From NCBI GenBank assembly GCA_965649825.1, contig OZ287700.1, forward strand, positions 992,001 through 1,056,000: DNA of 64,000 bases, given 5' to 3'. Shown in pieces: positions 1 to 11,759 of this stretch. This stretch comes from Penicillus capitatus (lineage: Eukaryota > Plantae > Chlorophyta). A program made the position numbers and the translations under genes. How positions within the stretch are numbered: the stretch's first letter is position 1; every line of letters starts with the position of its first letter. The notes beneath the pieces were generated by a model. It ran no database searches, was not told where the DNA came from, and was given only the letters and a program-made list of their open reading frames with translations.

Positions 1-3000
1 GGCGTGTGGCGGCTGGTGTCTGTGTCTTTGGTTTCTGATGTTGTTCTTCATGTGTTGCATCCTTGTTCTGGGAAGGATGGATGGATTTTGAAATGCAATC
101 AACGATTGCGGCGACAGTGGTTGGTGAGACGCCTGGATTTGCCGGAAAGGCTGGTTGTTGTTTGGATCGTTCATGGAAGCAATGAATGCAGCGGGTTCAG
201 GATCTGAGAGGAAGTGGCAGTCAGTCGTATTCGATCATTCCTGGAAGCGAGGCTTGTGTGATGTCCGGTTCTTGTGATGGGGAGGAAGATGTGCTGGATC
301 GGACTCAGAGTAGGTAGAGGACACCGAGATGTACGGTACCACTGGTTTGGTGGCTGTCATACTGGATGGCTCGGAGCGGAGGATGAGGCGGAGCTGGATC
401 TGTGATGTGGCGGACAACGTGCTGGACTGTTGAGTCGGTAGTGGACAGCGAGGTGTCCGGATTCGTGTGAGGTGGATGGAGTGCTGGATTGGTATCTTTT
501 CCTGGTGCAGAGGGCGAGGAGGTATCTTTCTGGTCTGCGAGGAGGTGGATTGATTGATGGACTGGTTTTCTGGAACATGAGGCGACATGCCAGATTCGCT
601 TACAGAGCACACACTACGACGCAGAAGAATTGTTGCAGTACTCGTTGATGAAATGAAAGCCAGCTTGACCGACGCAATGAGCAACAACAAGGTACAGAAA
701 GATGTATGCTTCTTTGCTCGTACCACATCTGCGTTTCAGAACAGACTACATGAAGAAGGCAGAGCATGTCGATCCGGTCACACCGGATCCTGTGGACAGG
801 TGGACTGAGTGATGGCCTGGTCCTTGGAGCAGAGGATGAAGTGGCTGGTGATCTGCAAGAAGTGGATTGTGTGTTGGATATGCCCATGCCCCAGAGCAGA
901 GGATGAAATCCTCTGTTATCTCCGACCGGGTAGATGAGGCAAGAATGAGCTTGACAGTCGTCATGTGCATCGGTAAGGTACAGCCGTACTTCCAACGCTG
1001 TCTAATGCCTGCATTTCAAGGACAGCTACTAAGAGGAGATCGAAGCATGTTCATCCACTCCGATGAGGTGATTTCATGGAATGTTCAGTAAAACAGCATC
1101 GCTATCTGACACGGTAAGGAGACACCCAGACGCAGTGAATACGTGACAGTGACAGCGATTTTTGTGCTGGAAGACTCGACTGCTGGCAGAGAGATCTGCT
1201 GAAGAAAAAAGACGCATCTCTGATGTACCGGACAAGAGATGCAGCTCGACTATCCGTTCTGCAAGGCTTATTGGCATCCTTTTTGATATTTCCTATCCGT
1301 CAGAGAATGTGTAAGGTCCCCGGAGCACGCCTTTCACTATGACATATCATGCTGAGAGCGTTCTTTTCTGCAGGAGGACTTTGTGAAGCGAGCCTGCAGC
1401 ACATACCGCAGTTTCCATCCTGTTGGACCCATTTGAACCAGTCCCGAACTTCAGTTGGATTGTGGATTCATCTTCGACATATGAGCATGTCCTTGACCAA
1501 ACGGCCCTTCGACATGAACAACAATGTAGAATCAACTCCCTCGAAATCCAAACTCGAATGGTAACCTGCAGGCTCCTGGTCTCCTATAGAATCGATGTGG
1601 GAGGCATGGCATTCTAGATGAGTGATTCTGAAGAAGGGAGGAATCATCCACAGCAGTCTGGCTGCATCTAGAAAGGATCTCTGGTCGAAAGTATTGTCAG
1701 AATCATGTCCTTTCCTGGAGATTCAGTCCATCTACTCATACGATGGTGGATTTGCAAACATGCGGTGATCATGACGGCAGAAGAGATGCAACGGAACAGA
1801 AACTCTGGATTCGACGACATCGTTGGGTCTTGATCATCACAGACCTTGACAGACAAGAAACCTGAACAATGACATCGAGTGGCAACATCCTCTATGTTGG
1901 AGAGGGAGAGATCTGGAACAGAATAATGAGAATGCTTGCATGACAGCAGTATCAGACAATGATGCATTCGTCAGTTGTTATTGGCTCTGAAGAAGACAGG
2001 ATTGCAATGGAGGAAGATCGGAGTTTGCCCTTTTGTTATCGGTCTACAGAATACCACGCTTGACGAGATGACAAGGGATCAGGTCGCATGCATTTCTTAT
2101 GCCTTTCACATGGAAAGAAGCTCTTGTTGGATGCAGACCAGCAGGGAGATCTAGAAGAAGTTTTGGTGCCTCGAGGGAACGTTAAACGTTCTTTGGGGCC
2201 ATTCAATGATGGCTTATGCATGAAATTGGAGCAGGGATCAGAGGGACCTGTTTGCTTTGACGAATAGTAAATCAATTGATTCCAGGTATGTTTGCTCTCT
2301 CCTCAGCGCAAAATGAGTCTACATTTCACAGGATCAATGCTGCATTGAAGAAGGATGAGCATGGAGTGAATGTTCGTCCGCAAGACCGAGTCTGAGTCGA
2401 ATAAACATCGACTATCTAAAGCATTTCACTTGCACAGAGGTACATCCTGTCAAAGGAAGATAAAAGCAGTTGGTAAAGGAGATTGCGTCCAGGCCTGACG
2501 AAAGAGGACATGTCAGGAGCGAGGAGTTAAAGGCAACATTTTGATGAGCCTTCGAGACACACTCTTGCAGGCAGTTCATCGAGTGGTTTTGGGGCCAGTT
2601 TCACTGACAACGGCATGATTTAGTCGAGAGAGCATTTCTGGCCTGCTGCATCAGCTTCCTCCAGAGCTCCACTGTTAGAATGGTGCGAAGACTGTGCTCC
2701 TGGAAGATGGACAAGCCGGACTTCTGAGGGTCAGCTTGGAAGCAGTTCATCCGAATCGTCCAGCGACTGACACTTGTGGATTCTCTTCTGGGATCCGACT
2801 CGGGCAACAGGAAGATTGTAAGAGTGAGAGTCACTCTTTCAGAAAGGAGTAGAAGCGACAATGATCTCTTCGGTAGGCCATAACGCACAAAAGGAATAAA
2901 ACTGACGTCATGGGGGACTCAGTGTCTTGACAGGCGGAAGAGGAACGGAGCACTCGGAAAGCACTCATTAAACAAAGAGATCTGGTCCATAAACCTGGAT

Positions 3001-4446
3001 GGACGCATTATCAGACGACGATGGTACATCTACAGGCAGCCAGTGGTTTTGCAGAAGACAAGGTGCGACATAGAGTAATGAGGGGTCCACCTTCTGCCAC
3101 GGCTACTGAATCTCCCTGGATCGGATTCAAAGACATCAGAGACTCTGCGTTTTGGCAGCTGCACTCTAGAGACACGAATAACAAGCCGGGTGGCAGGACT
3201 TCCAGGAACATGAAATCCCCGATGCTGGAATGGACATCAAATCCCTTCGACAGTCGATCCGTCCGAGTTACTACAGTTTAGCCATGATCCGGAAACCTCT
3301 TCGGCTTCGACAAAGTGGGCATGCACGCATCTCAGGTGTGTCTACAGTCCCCTTGGCACTGAGTGAGGATGCACCTGACAGAATCGGAGCGGCGCTGGAA
3401 AGGACGATCACGGCATGAACACTCCTTGACGCCAGACTAGACTTTGGATGAAACTGTGCTGTCTCTCTCCATCTCTTTCTCGGAAGAAGGACAGTCTACT
3501 CGTATCAACAAATGAATCAGTCGACAGAAAACGATGCTGAATCCAGTCTGACAGAGGACGACACATGGATGGAGATGGAAGACGATTTCCAGACGCGACA
3601 GTAAGGCACACTCCTGCAGACCAATCGCCGAATCAAAGCCCTGATGTTACAGGTCCGTCTCGACTGGCAGCTGCAGCACAGTCGTGGATCGTGATTTCTG
3701 AAAATGCTCCATCCACTTCTTCCGGAGCTTTGCATTATGGGTTTGCATCGTGTGCTTTTCGAATATGGACTGGACGAATCCTCAAGCTGCAGCTCGGAAG
3801 CAACCCCTCCATCCGAATGCTCGGCGGACATTCCAGATGTGCCTTTAACGCACAAATCTGGCCTCAATAGGTCGAGCAGGATGATGGACACTCTTCCACG
3901 GAGCAATAGAAGGGCCGATGCTCTCCTTTTCGCCCATGGTAAAGGAGGAAAGGCAGAATAGAATAGCTACGTGTCCGCCTCATCACCAACCTTCGTCAGT
4001 TAAAGAACTCTGCAAACTCGTCCATGCTCAAGGTCGTTTAATCAGGAGAGATGAGAAAGTTGAAAAGTGGCGGGTCCAGAAAGACAGCAGTCTACAGGAG
4101 CCTTTGTCGTAAAGAGGTTCTCTTCCTTAATTCTCTGAGCGCAGGAGTCGGACTGGATCGGGAACAGACACAACAGAGGTCCGATAACCTTTCAGCCATT
4201 GAACATTGTGGAGAACGCATTCGTCAGCTGCCGAAGACAGAGGGAAAGGCTTTCTTGGAGAATTTCGCGTCCTTCTCGTACTTCGAGACCAGCTCAATCT
4301 AGGATCACAGTTTCATTGCAATCGATGATCCACTCCACCCACACCCCCGGCAGCGGCAGCCGCTATCGTCAGGGAGGATGGCTGGGCGACAGGGAGAGCA
4401 GAGACCGTGACATTGGGCAGCCGCGTGATTCGGTCGATGACCTGAG
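1..4446 (+). pseudogene. Degenerate, probably once-coding or transcribed region of unknown family (duplicated at 35302-39782)
   Basis: Only short, broken, protein-like + strand ORFs (587-808, 867-1091, 3021-3281, 3565-3870). Frames and stops differ between the two copies. I recognised no domain, RT or transposase motif. Confidence 0.3.
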
Positions 4447-5044
4447 GTAAGAGTCCTTTGGATCGGCATCCAGGGCCGTCTCTTCTGTCCCCTTTTCTCT
4501 CTCTTCCCCCCTGGATGCCCGTCTTCTTCGATCTGGGCAACGGAATCGGTGCTTCCTTTGCTTGTGATTCTTTCTGCTTCCTTTGCTTCCAGTTTTGTTT
4601 GATTCTCCATCTTTTTGAGTTCGCGTTGTGTGATAAGCTAAACTTCCTCCCAGCGATGCTTGCCTTCTATCTTTAAAATTTTTTACCTTGCTTGACCTCC
4701 TTCTTGTGTTTTCCTGTCTGATTTGCGCATGCCTGGCGGTCTGTCATTGTTTCATTTTTGGTCTATTCTACTTTGTGTGATCTTTCAATCTTTTTTATAT
4801 TGGCCACCGATTCTGTTGCCCCCTGACTGCATGTTTTTTCTCTGTTCTGTACGCCTTTTTCTTTCTCTTCGTACTGTATAACCTGACATTTACTGTGAAA
4901 CGTTCACGTGTCTGTTCTCGTGTCTTTCTTATCCATGTTTCCTCTCTCTCTGTTTGTTGTTCGTTCATTGTGTGTACTTGGTCCCTTTTTGGACCTCCTG
5001 CCTGCATGTCCGCGCAGCGCGTCGGATCCAGAGGACGGTTCCAG
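4447..5044 (+). other. Structured intron-like element, unit 1 (598 nt; GT...AG, closed by a 12-bp stem)
   Basis: GTAAGA at 4447. Left arm GTCCTTTGGATC (4453-4464) pairs with GATCCAGAGGAC (5025-5036), with one G.U. Hairpin GGCATCCAGGG/CCCTGGATGCC (4465-4475/4508-4518). Pyrimidine-rich interior. Hairpin GGTCC/GGACC (4980-4995). Conserved 28-mer at 5002-5029. TTCCAG ends at 5044. Confidence 0.6.
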
Positions 5045-5406
5045 GGATGATTCGCCGATCACACTGGGGAATTCTTACTCTTCCCAGGGCCGCATTTCGG
5101 GAGAGGTCACTGGTGCTCTGCCAGGTTTCAATGTGCGGCGCCGCTAGCCAGAGGTATGCTCCGATATCACAAATGTCACACATACCTCACTTTAATCTTT
5201 CTTGCAGATGGGGGTCTGATGATGAATCCAGACGAGAGGCCTACAGAAAACGATCTCTGGCAACATTCACCATAGAGGTAACCCAATCCAGATATCTTTG
5301 TTTGCATTCGGCTGCAGCGATATCCTTAGGAGGATTGCCGGGCACGCAAGAACTGGATAGCAGATGATCTGCTTGGACGTCCACAGTGGAGTGGCAAAGA
5401 CTCGGA

Positions 5407-5951
5407 GTGCGGCTGTGTTCCGGCGATGGCTTTCGGATCGGCATCCAGGCCGTCTTTTTTCTATGTTTCTTTTTTTTCTCTCTTTCCCCTGGATGCCTGT
5501 TTTCCTCGTTATGTCACGGAGCCTCTCTTTTGTTTTTCATGTGTGATATGTGCCCGTCTCTTTGTTTGCTGTGTTTTTTCTTTGAGCTCATTTCCCGAGC
5601 TTGCATCATTATGTTTTCCTCTGAACGCCTGTCTGAGTTTCTTGCACCCGTTTCTGCGAGTTTTTGTTACCTTGCGGCTCTTTCTGAGTCTGCTTTCTTG
5701 TCCGAATGAATCTCATTCTATTCCTATTCTCTGTCTTCTGTCTGAACCTGCGCTGTCTCTTATTGAATTTGTGAGAAATCTTTCATTTTTTCTGTCTGTG
5801 TCTCTCTGTTTTACGTCTTATGTGTTTCTGCTTCTTGTAAGTTTTCTCGTTTTGCATTCTGTTTTTCAATTACTGGTCCCTTCTTGGACCATCCCCAACT
5901 GCATGTCCGCGCAGCGCGTCGGATCCGAAAGCCGCACTGGACACAATTTAG
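5407..5951 (+). other. Structured intron-like element, unit 2 (545 nt)
   Basis: GTGCGG at 5407. Arm GGCTTTCGGATC (5428-5439) pairs perfectly with GATCCGAAAGCC (5922-5933), and AGTGCGGCT/AGCCGCACT extends the stem. Same GGCATCCAGG/CCTGGATGCC hairpin (5440-5449/5488-5497). Identical 28-mer at 5899-5926. TTTAG ends at 5951. Confidence 0.55.
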
Positions 5952-7114
5952 CCCACTCACCCTCTCAAAACTCTCCCACACTCCCTGTGCGGATGTCACG
6001 TTGACGTGCCACTGGCACAGGCCTCCTTTGTTGCAGCGAGCTCTTCACTATCCATCGAGTAAGTTTACTTCCTACCAATCGATGGTTCTCAATTCTCGTA
6101 TGCAGGAGAGACTACTAAAGGCACCAGTGGAGATGCACTGGACGACGATTTGGAGTTCTTTACATCAGCGATTCCGTGGCCTGTTTTTTGCTTTTCGATT
6201 TTCCTGAGGACTTCGTGGACACTGTGCGCTGTACCATCTATTTCTGTGCACTTTGGTAGAGATACAGCATGGGCTTTGATCTAAGAAGAACCTTAATAAG
6301 TCTGCGCCCTCCCAGGATCTATTTACTCAGAGGATTTTGTCCATGCCAATGTTTGGTCGTGTCTGTGTAGTTTCCACTTTGTTGTGATGATTATGTACTA
6401 GACGCGCTGTGGAAGAGCAGTGAATAGAATGATGACTTCGACTGTGGCGAACGCCAATGAGGATCACTGTGAAGACCTTGTGAACTCTTCTATGCTATGT
6501 TCATGGCACCTGCACACATCTCTGTTCCGGGAACAATTCCGCTTGTCAAAGAATGAGGACAGTGGCTCTTCCGAACACTGAATGAGGATGGAGCTTTTTA
6601 TGCATGAATGTTAACAGATCCGCCGTTTAACTTACTACTTATTGCTCATTGCAAATGCGAGTACCAAAGCTGTTTTCGAGGCTACAGTAGACGGCGGGGT
6701 ATCGAGATGATTGAATCGCCATGGGAGAAATAACCACATCTTACATGCCAATGCGGAAGAGACAATCTAGCGCCTGTGGCCACAAAAAGGCGGAACGAGG
6801 CAAGGGACGTTCGAATTGGTTTCTAGGTGTAGCCGAGGTGTGATGCGACCAGCCATCACTGTCGCAGGTCAAGATGCTTGCTTGCAAATGCTCACCATAC
6901 TCTCGCCAGTGATGGCAATCTCGACAATCGTCTTGTTCATCTCCATCTTTGCCGAAACACGGCTTGACATTAGGATACTAGGACTGTTGTGCATTGACAG
7001 AATGCTGAAGCATGTTTACGCACTCTTCACAGCTCTCAGTCTACTACAACCAATTTCAATCACTCATGTTATATCCAACGTCTCTTAGTCGTACCCTCAA
7101 TTGGTAACACCTCT

Positions 7115-8541
7115 TCAGACTTTTGCGTTTTGTAAGGTCGGGCGTATAAGATTCTTTGAAGGCGCTTTCCCTGACCCACGGTGACCTGAACGGAGGGCCA
7201 GTGGAGTCGACGTGCCAAAGATCGCGTCAGTTGCCCCAGTCGGAGTTCTTCTCATCCCGACATTTCTTCCTACTTTCGCCATCAGCGTACGCGCCGTGTA
7301 TTTCTTCGACAGCGTAGGCAACGTTCTCTTTGGCAGAGTCCGACTGGCCGTCAAGCGTTGGACGCTGTCGCGTTCGTCCAGAGCACTCTTAACATCCCTC
7401 GTTCCATCGATTATTCTGGAAGGTGCATAGCTTGTGTCGGATGCCAGTTCTTTGCCCTTGGAGGCGAGATCTGCCTCCGGCTTTATCTTCTTCTTGTTTG
7501 TGAGAGGTCTGGTCTTGACTTCATCGCACTCCGATCCTGATTTCTTGATCTGCTTTCACAGCAGACAATAAAAGAAGCGGTCAATGGGAACGCGATGACC
7601 ACCTGTTGTTGTAGATCCTCCTGCTCCGTGCGCATGCCATCGTCCTGCGGTTCGAGTTCCTGCTTCTGCCAAGCCAGGAACTCCGCGTCTGCAACGGTGA
7701 CCTCCATCCGAAGGACTGCGTCTGCGACCTCCTTCTCCTACGCAAATTCCACTGTCGATCGGAGCCCATTTGGTAAGGCCGCGTACCGTCACTGCGAGTT
7801 CGGCCTTTCTCTTGGCCAGTTGCGCGTTGACGCCTACTAGCTCAGTCCTTGCCTCGGCGATCTGCTCGCGCAGGTCAGTGAGAACGTCCTTCGTTGCATC
7901 AAGGACATGTGCGGCTGCGAGCTCTCCGTACTTCACGATTCCCACACCGTCGATCACCTCCGCCAACGGACACGCTCAGTCAAGAACGCTTTGGCGGCGG
8001 ACCTACCCCTTCTGTCGAGTTGTTTCCCAGGTAACTTGTTTTCAGTGCCACACCATCCAGGGCCTGCGGCCACACGGATCTGTGTGGAAAACCGGATGGC
8101 AGGCGGTTGCTTTAGAAATCCAGATCGACATTGTGCGCAAGAAGTTGCAGAGTGACATCGCTTGCACAACTTCGTTCAGCTTGTCCATGATCTATCTCTT
8201 CGCGAAGAAGCGAGCGCAATAGCACAAGAACAAACCTCGATTGACGCATTCGAATGCGCTCGTCGGAATCTATCCTTACTCTCGATGTGACATTCTACGT
8301 AGACGTGAGTGACGTTTCTGGTGGTAGTACGCAAGTTCCGGCGCCGACAAGCCAGTGAAGGTTCCCCTTCTTGATTTGTCGAGAGATCGAAACAATCGCC
8401 CCCGTTTGAATCGAAAGCAGATCGCAGACGAGTATTGCCATCATCGTCTCGACTGTCGTGTCTACAGGTATGTTTTCTCCTGACGACGTTTCGCATCGCT
8501 GAGGAAGTTACCGAAAAAAATAGTAACACACCGCTGTCCAC
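7115..8541 (-). CDS. Multi-exon hypothetical protein with a coiled-coil segment (copy A); boundaries approximate
   Basis: Minus-strand ORFs 7556-7966 (LTDLREQIAEARTELVGVNAQLAKRKAEL, heptad-like), 7483-7707 and 7115-7354 are conserved as open frames in copy B. No family recognised. Confidence 0.5.
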
Positions 8542-9245
8542 CGATCTTCCCTCCCTTCAACGACGCGCCGATCAATTGTTTACACGTCAGCAGAAGTTAG
8601 ATTTCATCTTGCTCGATCGCGAGGAGCTACGCTGTGCAAGGTAAGCAGAGGTTTGTCGACCACGATAGCAGATCGATCTGCTCGATCTGCTCGATCAGAT
8701 GTCTGTAGACCATTTCAGGTTTCGGTGCACTCACTATTTACTGCTGACAAAGGTATGAAATGCTCTGCGATCTATCACTCAGATCATCGATCTTGAGATA
8801 CCATGTGTGTTCTGCTCCATATCTCCATGTCTATTACTTTCGCAGTCGGTTCTATTGAATGCCCTTCTCTCTAAGCTACGGCAGCTGATCGAGATTTCTA
8901 GGAAATGTGTGTCACGTCCACCACGACACCGAGGTAAGTGACGAAGGCAGCCACGTTTGCAACACCATCGTCGATGAGCAGCAAGACGAATGCAGTCATA
9001 TATAGCATTCAGTCAGTGCGTATCTGTCAGAGGCCCTGCCTCGAGACAACCGCTGTCAGTGAACTTTCCACCCGTCAAAACTCGCAAAGAGAGCGATCCA
9101 TTTCTACCAGAACATTTCTTCGTGCTCAGTAGAGCGATGTGCCCAACAGCGGTGAAGGTGATGTTCTGGGGCCCTTCTGTGCATCTTTCCTTGCCATCCG
9201 CCTTTTAGAGCAATATATGGTGGACAAGGGCTTCCGCCTGATAAC

Positions 9246-11012
9246 ATGTTGCTCTCACGTCATTTCACTGCCACGACCCTTCTCAAAGAATCCCTGCGAC
9301 GATCGCTAGTTGAACGCGTTCCGTTGTGTCCTTGGCGATCGAGTCAAACGACCCGACGCACTGCGCTGAGGGACGGCCACCTGTCCTCCCGTTTCGTCAA
9401 CGAAAGGTCTAGCCGTGACGAGGCAGCCATGTTTTACTCGGAGCTTCAGCTGGACCGAGCAAGTCATCTCAGGTATTCGAATCGCAGAGACACGCAATGT
9501 CTCAGATGGGGGATGCTTTTTAGGAAGCAACCGAAGGCCTTGGCTCAACTTGCGGCTGCATCGGATGCAAAACTCATTCCGTGGAAGAAGGCTCAGTGTC
9601 TCTTCGTCGAAGAATCGGAGCGTTATACACCCGTATTCCTCACTCCCTTCTCACACTACGAGAAATATCTCGACGCTGCGGTCGGACATCTCTTCGTAGG
9701 TTTCGAACCCGATTCTGAGACGCCCATCTTCGCGGGTACATCTACAGAAGACGTCCGTCAACTGACGAGCAGATCTGTGTGGTAGGTTGCATTGCGGATA
9801 GCGATGCGTTCGCCTCGCAGATTGAGAAGGGCGAGTGGCTTCCCTTAGTGTCCATTGGCTGCAGAATCGACAGACACTATGCAGCACTGCTGGCCACTGT
9901 GAATGGAATGATGGAGTGGCACATGCGCCATCTCTTCTGTGGCATCACAGGAACTGAAACCCTTTCGATTTCTGGTGGCTACGCGCGCCAGTCTCAAACA
10001 ACAGAGGACGTGATGTTCCCCCGCATCGATCCAGCCATCATCTGTCTGGTGACGCAGGGAGAGTACTGCCTGCTTGGCAAAAAACTGTCATGGAAGAATT
10101 CAAAGAGGTGGGTCCTCGCACTTCAGGTCCTGCCGCGATCCGTTCGAGGAACGGGTCAATAGGTACTCTATGCTTGCCGGATATCTGGAGGTGGGCGAGA
10201 CCTTGGAACAAGCTGCCGTTCGTGAAGTCTTTGAAGAATCAGGCGTCAAGGTTCGCCTCCCTCGCTGTCGGCCGCAGCTGCATTTTGCAACGGCGTAGAT
10301 CGATGTGGAGTCTTTGGAGTACATAAGCAGTCAGCCATGGCCCTTTCCCCAGTCTCTAATGGTCGGATATATTGCCTCCCTGCCGACGCGGACAGATGCA
10401 TCAGCGACCCTACAGGAAGAAGCCGAGCAAGCGGCATCGGAGTCGGGAATCAGAAAAGATGAACTAGATCATTACCTGGGTGCTACACTGCCCAAGCCTG
10501 TTCCGGAGCCAGAAGAGATGGCAGACGTCCGATGGTTTCATTATCGCTACATGAAGGAAGCCCTTTCAGACCCAGGCACCGGATTCCAGATGCCGGGCAG
10601 CAATGCTATCGCCAATCAGATCACCATGAAATGGATGGCCAGGATCGAGTCGGAGCACGTCGAGTGGCCGGGAGATCACTTCCAGGATGTCCAGATCGAC
10701 GAAGGGCGATTCAAGTATATTCTTGCACGCCTGGAACAGGGCGATCAGTCGAAAATCGTCGTCCGAGGAAAGAAAGACCGTTCCTATCACACAAATATCT
10801 TTGAGGAGCTCAAGTTCGAGGCAGACGCCGTTGGATTGGAGGTCACTCCTCTCGGAGGTGGACGGATCGAGCACGACATCGCAGCGGAAGATATTTCGAT
10901 CTACGGATACTCCTCGGCCTTCGGTGCGGCTGTCCATCACGTTGCAGCCGTTCTATGTCGGCGTAATTATCCTTTCTACAAGAGAATTCACATATCGTAC
11001 AAGGGATACTAG
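9246..11012 (+). CDS. NudC/NUDT12-19-type NADH pyrophosphatase fused to a C-terminal Janus/Ocnus (PHPT1-like phosphohistidine phosphatase) domain, with an N-terminal transit-peptide-like leader
   Basis: After splicing ~50-nt GT-AG introns (e.g. 9473-9523), the protein has [12 protein letters not shown], the Nudix box [23 protein letters not shown] and the NADH-PPase signature SQPWPFPQS. It then has [44 protein letters not shown]-stop, which matches PHPT1/Janus motif by motif. The leader is Arg/Ser-rich. Confidence 0.92.
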
Positions 11013-11140
11013 ATACTGGCTCCGTATGATTTCTTTGAAAGTGTAAACGTGTGCCATCGAAAGTTCAGACAGAGCGTTCTTTCTTCTTTTAAGATCAGAG
11101 CGTTCACATACGTATGAAGATCGAAACGATGATGCGAAGA

Positions 11141-11480
11141 TCATCGATCAACGGCGGTCATTGCAGAAGAGGGAGTCGAGAGGTTTGATCTGACGTTCGA
11201 TCGACATCGATCAACGGCGGTCGTCGTGCAAAAGATGGAATCGAGAGGTTTGATCTGACGTACATCGATCGACATCGATCAACGGCGGTCGTCGTGCAAA
11301 AGATGGAATCGAGAGGTTTGATCTGACGTACATCGATCGACATCGATCAACGGCGGTCGTCGTGTACAGAACAGATAGTAGTCGATAAGTAAGACATCGG
11401 AAAATCGATCGATCGATCGATCAATTGCAGCCGTCGTGCAGAAGAGGGAGTCGAGAAGTTTGACATGACAAACATCGATC
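11141..11480. repeat. Minisatellite, 63-68 bp unit, about 3.5 good copies plus one degenerate copy
   Basis: Unit ATCGATCAACGGCGGTCGTCGTGCAAAAGATGGAATCGAGAGGTTTGATCTGACGTACATCGATCGAC. The AACGGCGG anchors fall at 11150, 11213, 11281 and 11349. Confidence 0.9.
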
Positions 11481-11759
11481 AATCGTCGATGGATCTATTC
11501 GTTTCCTCATCCTATAGAAACAACCAGATCGGCAGAGTATATAAATGGTACTCGAAATTTTAGCCGAGTCCCATCGAAAACGTTCGCATAGACGCAACAA
11601 CGAAACGTTCTTTCTTTCACAGCAAGGTAATCATATATCGTAATATACGTCGGAGAAACACCAAACAAGCTGTTCGAAGACCTTAGAACATATTCTCAAT
11701 TTCCATCCCCTGCCTTTGCGGCTCAATCGGATAGGATGCTTCAAGAGGTGATCAACACA

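Noticed and set aside
1-4446. Retrotransposon or DNA-transposon ORF in the decayed duplicated region
   Set aside because: No RT (YxDD context), integrase, tyrosine-recombinase, transposase or Rep/helicase motifs are recognisable in any frame I examined.
4460-4560. Partial HDV-like ribozyme in unit 1 (GGATCGG pairing TCGATCT, followed by GGGCAAC as in genomic HDV)
   Set aside because: P1 with a G.U and a small P4 can form, but P3 pairs poorly, there is no J4/2 catalytic C motif or P2 3' strand, and unit 2 lacks the P1 partner.
4447-5951. TRIM/LTR interpretation of the two units as terminal repeats, or a hammerhead (GAAA at 5927)
   Set aside because: No TG..CA ends, PBS/PPT or TSD; only the ends of the units are similar; no CUGANGA core.
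11141-11480. CRISPR array
   Set aside because: The whole unit repeats, with no unique spacers; eukaryotic context; no cas genes.
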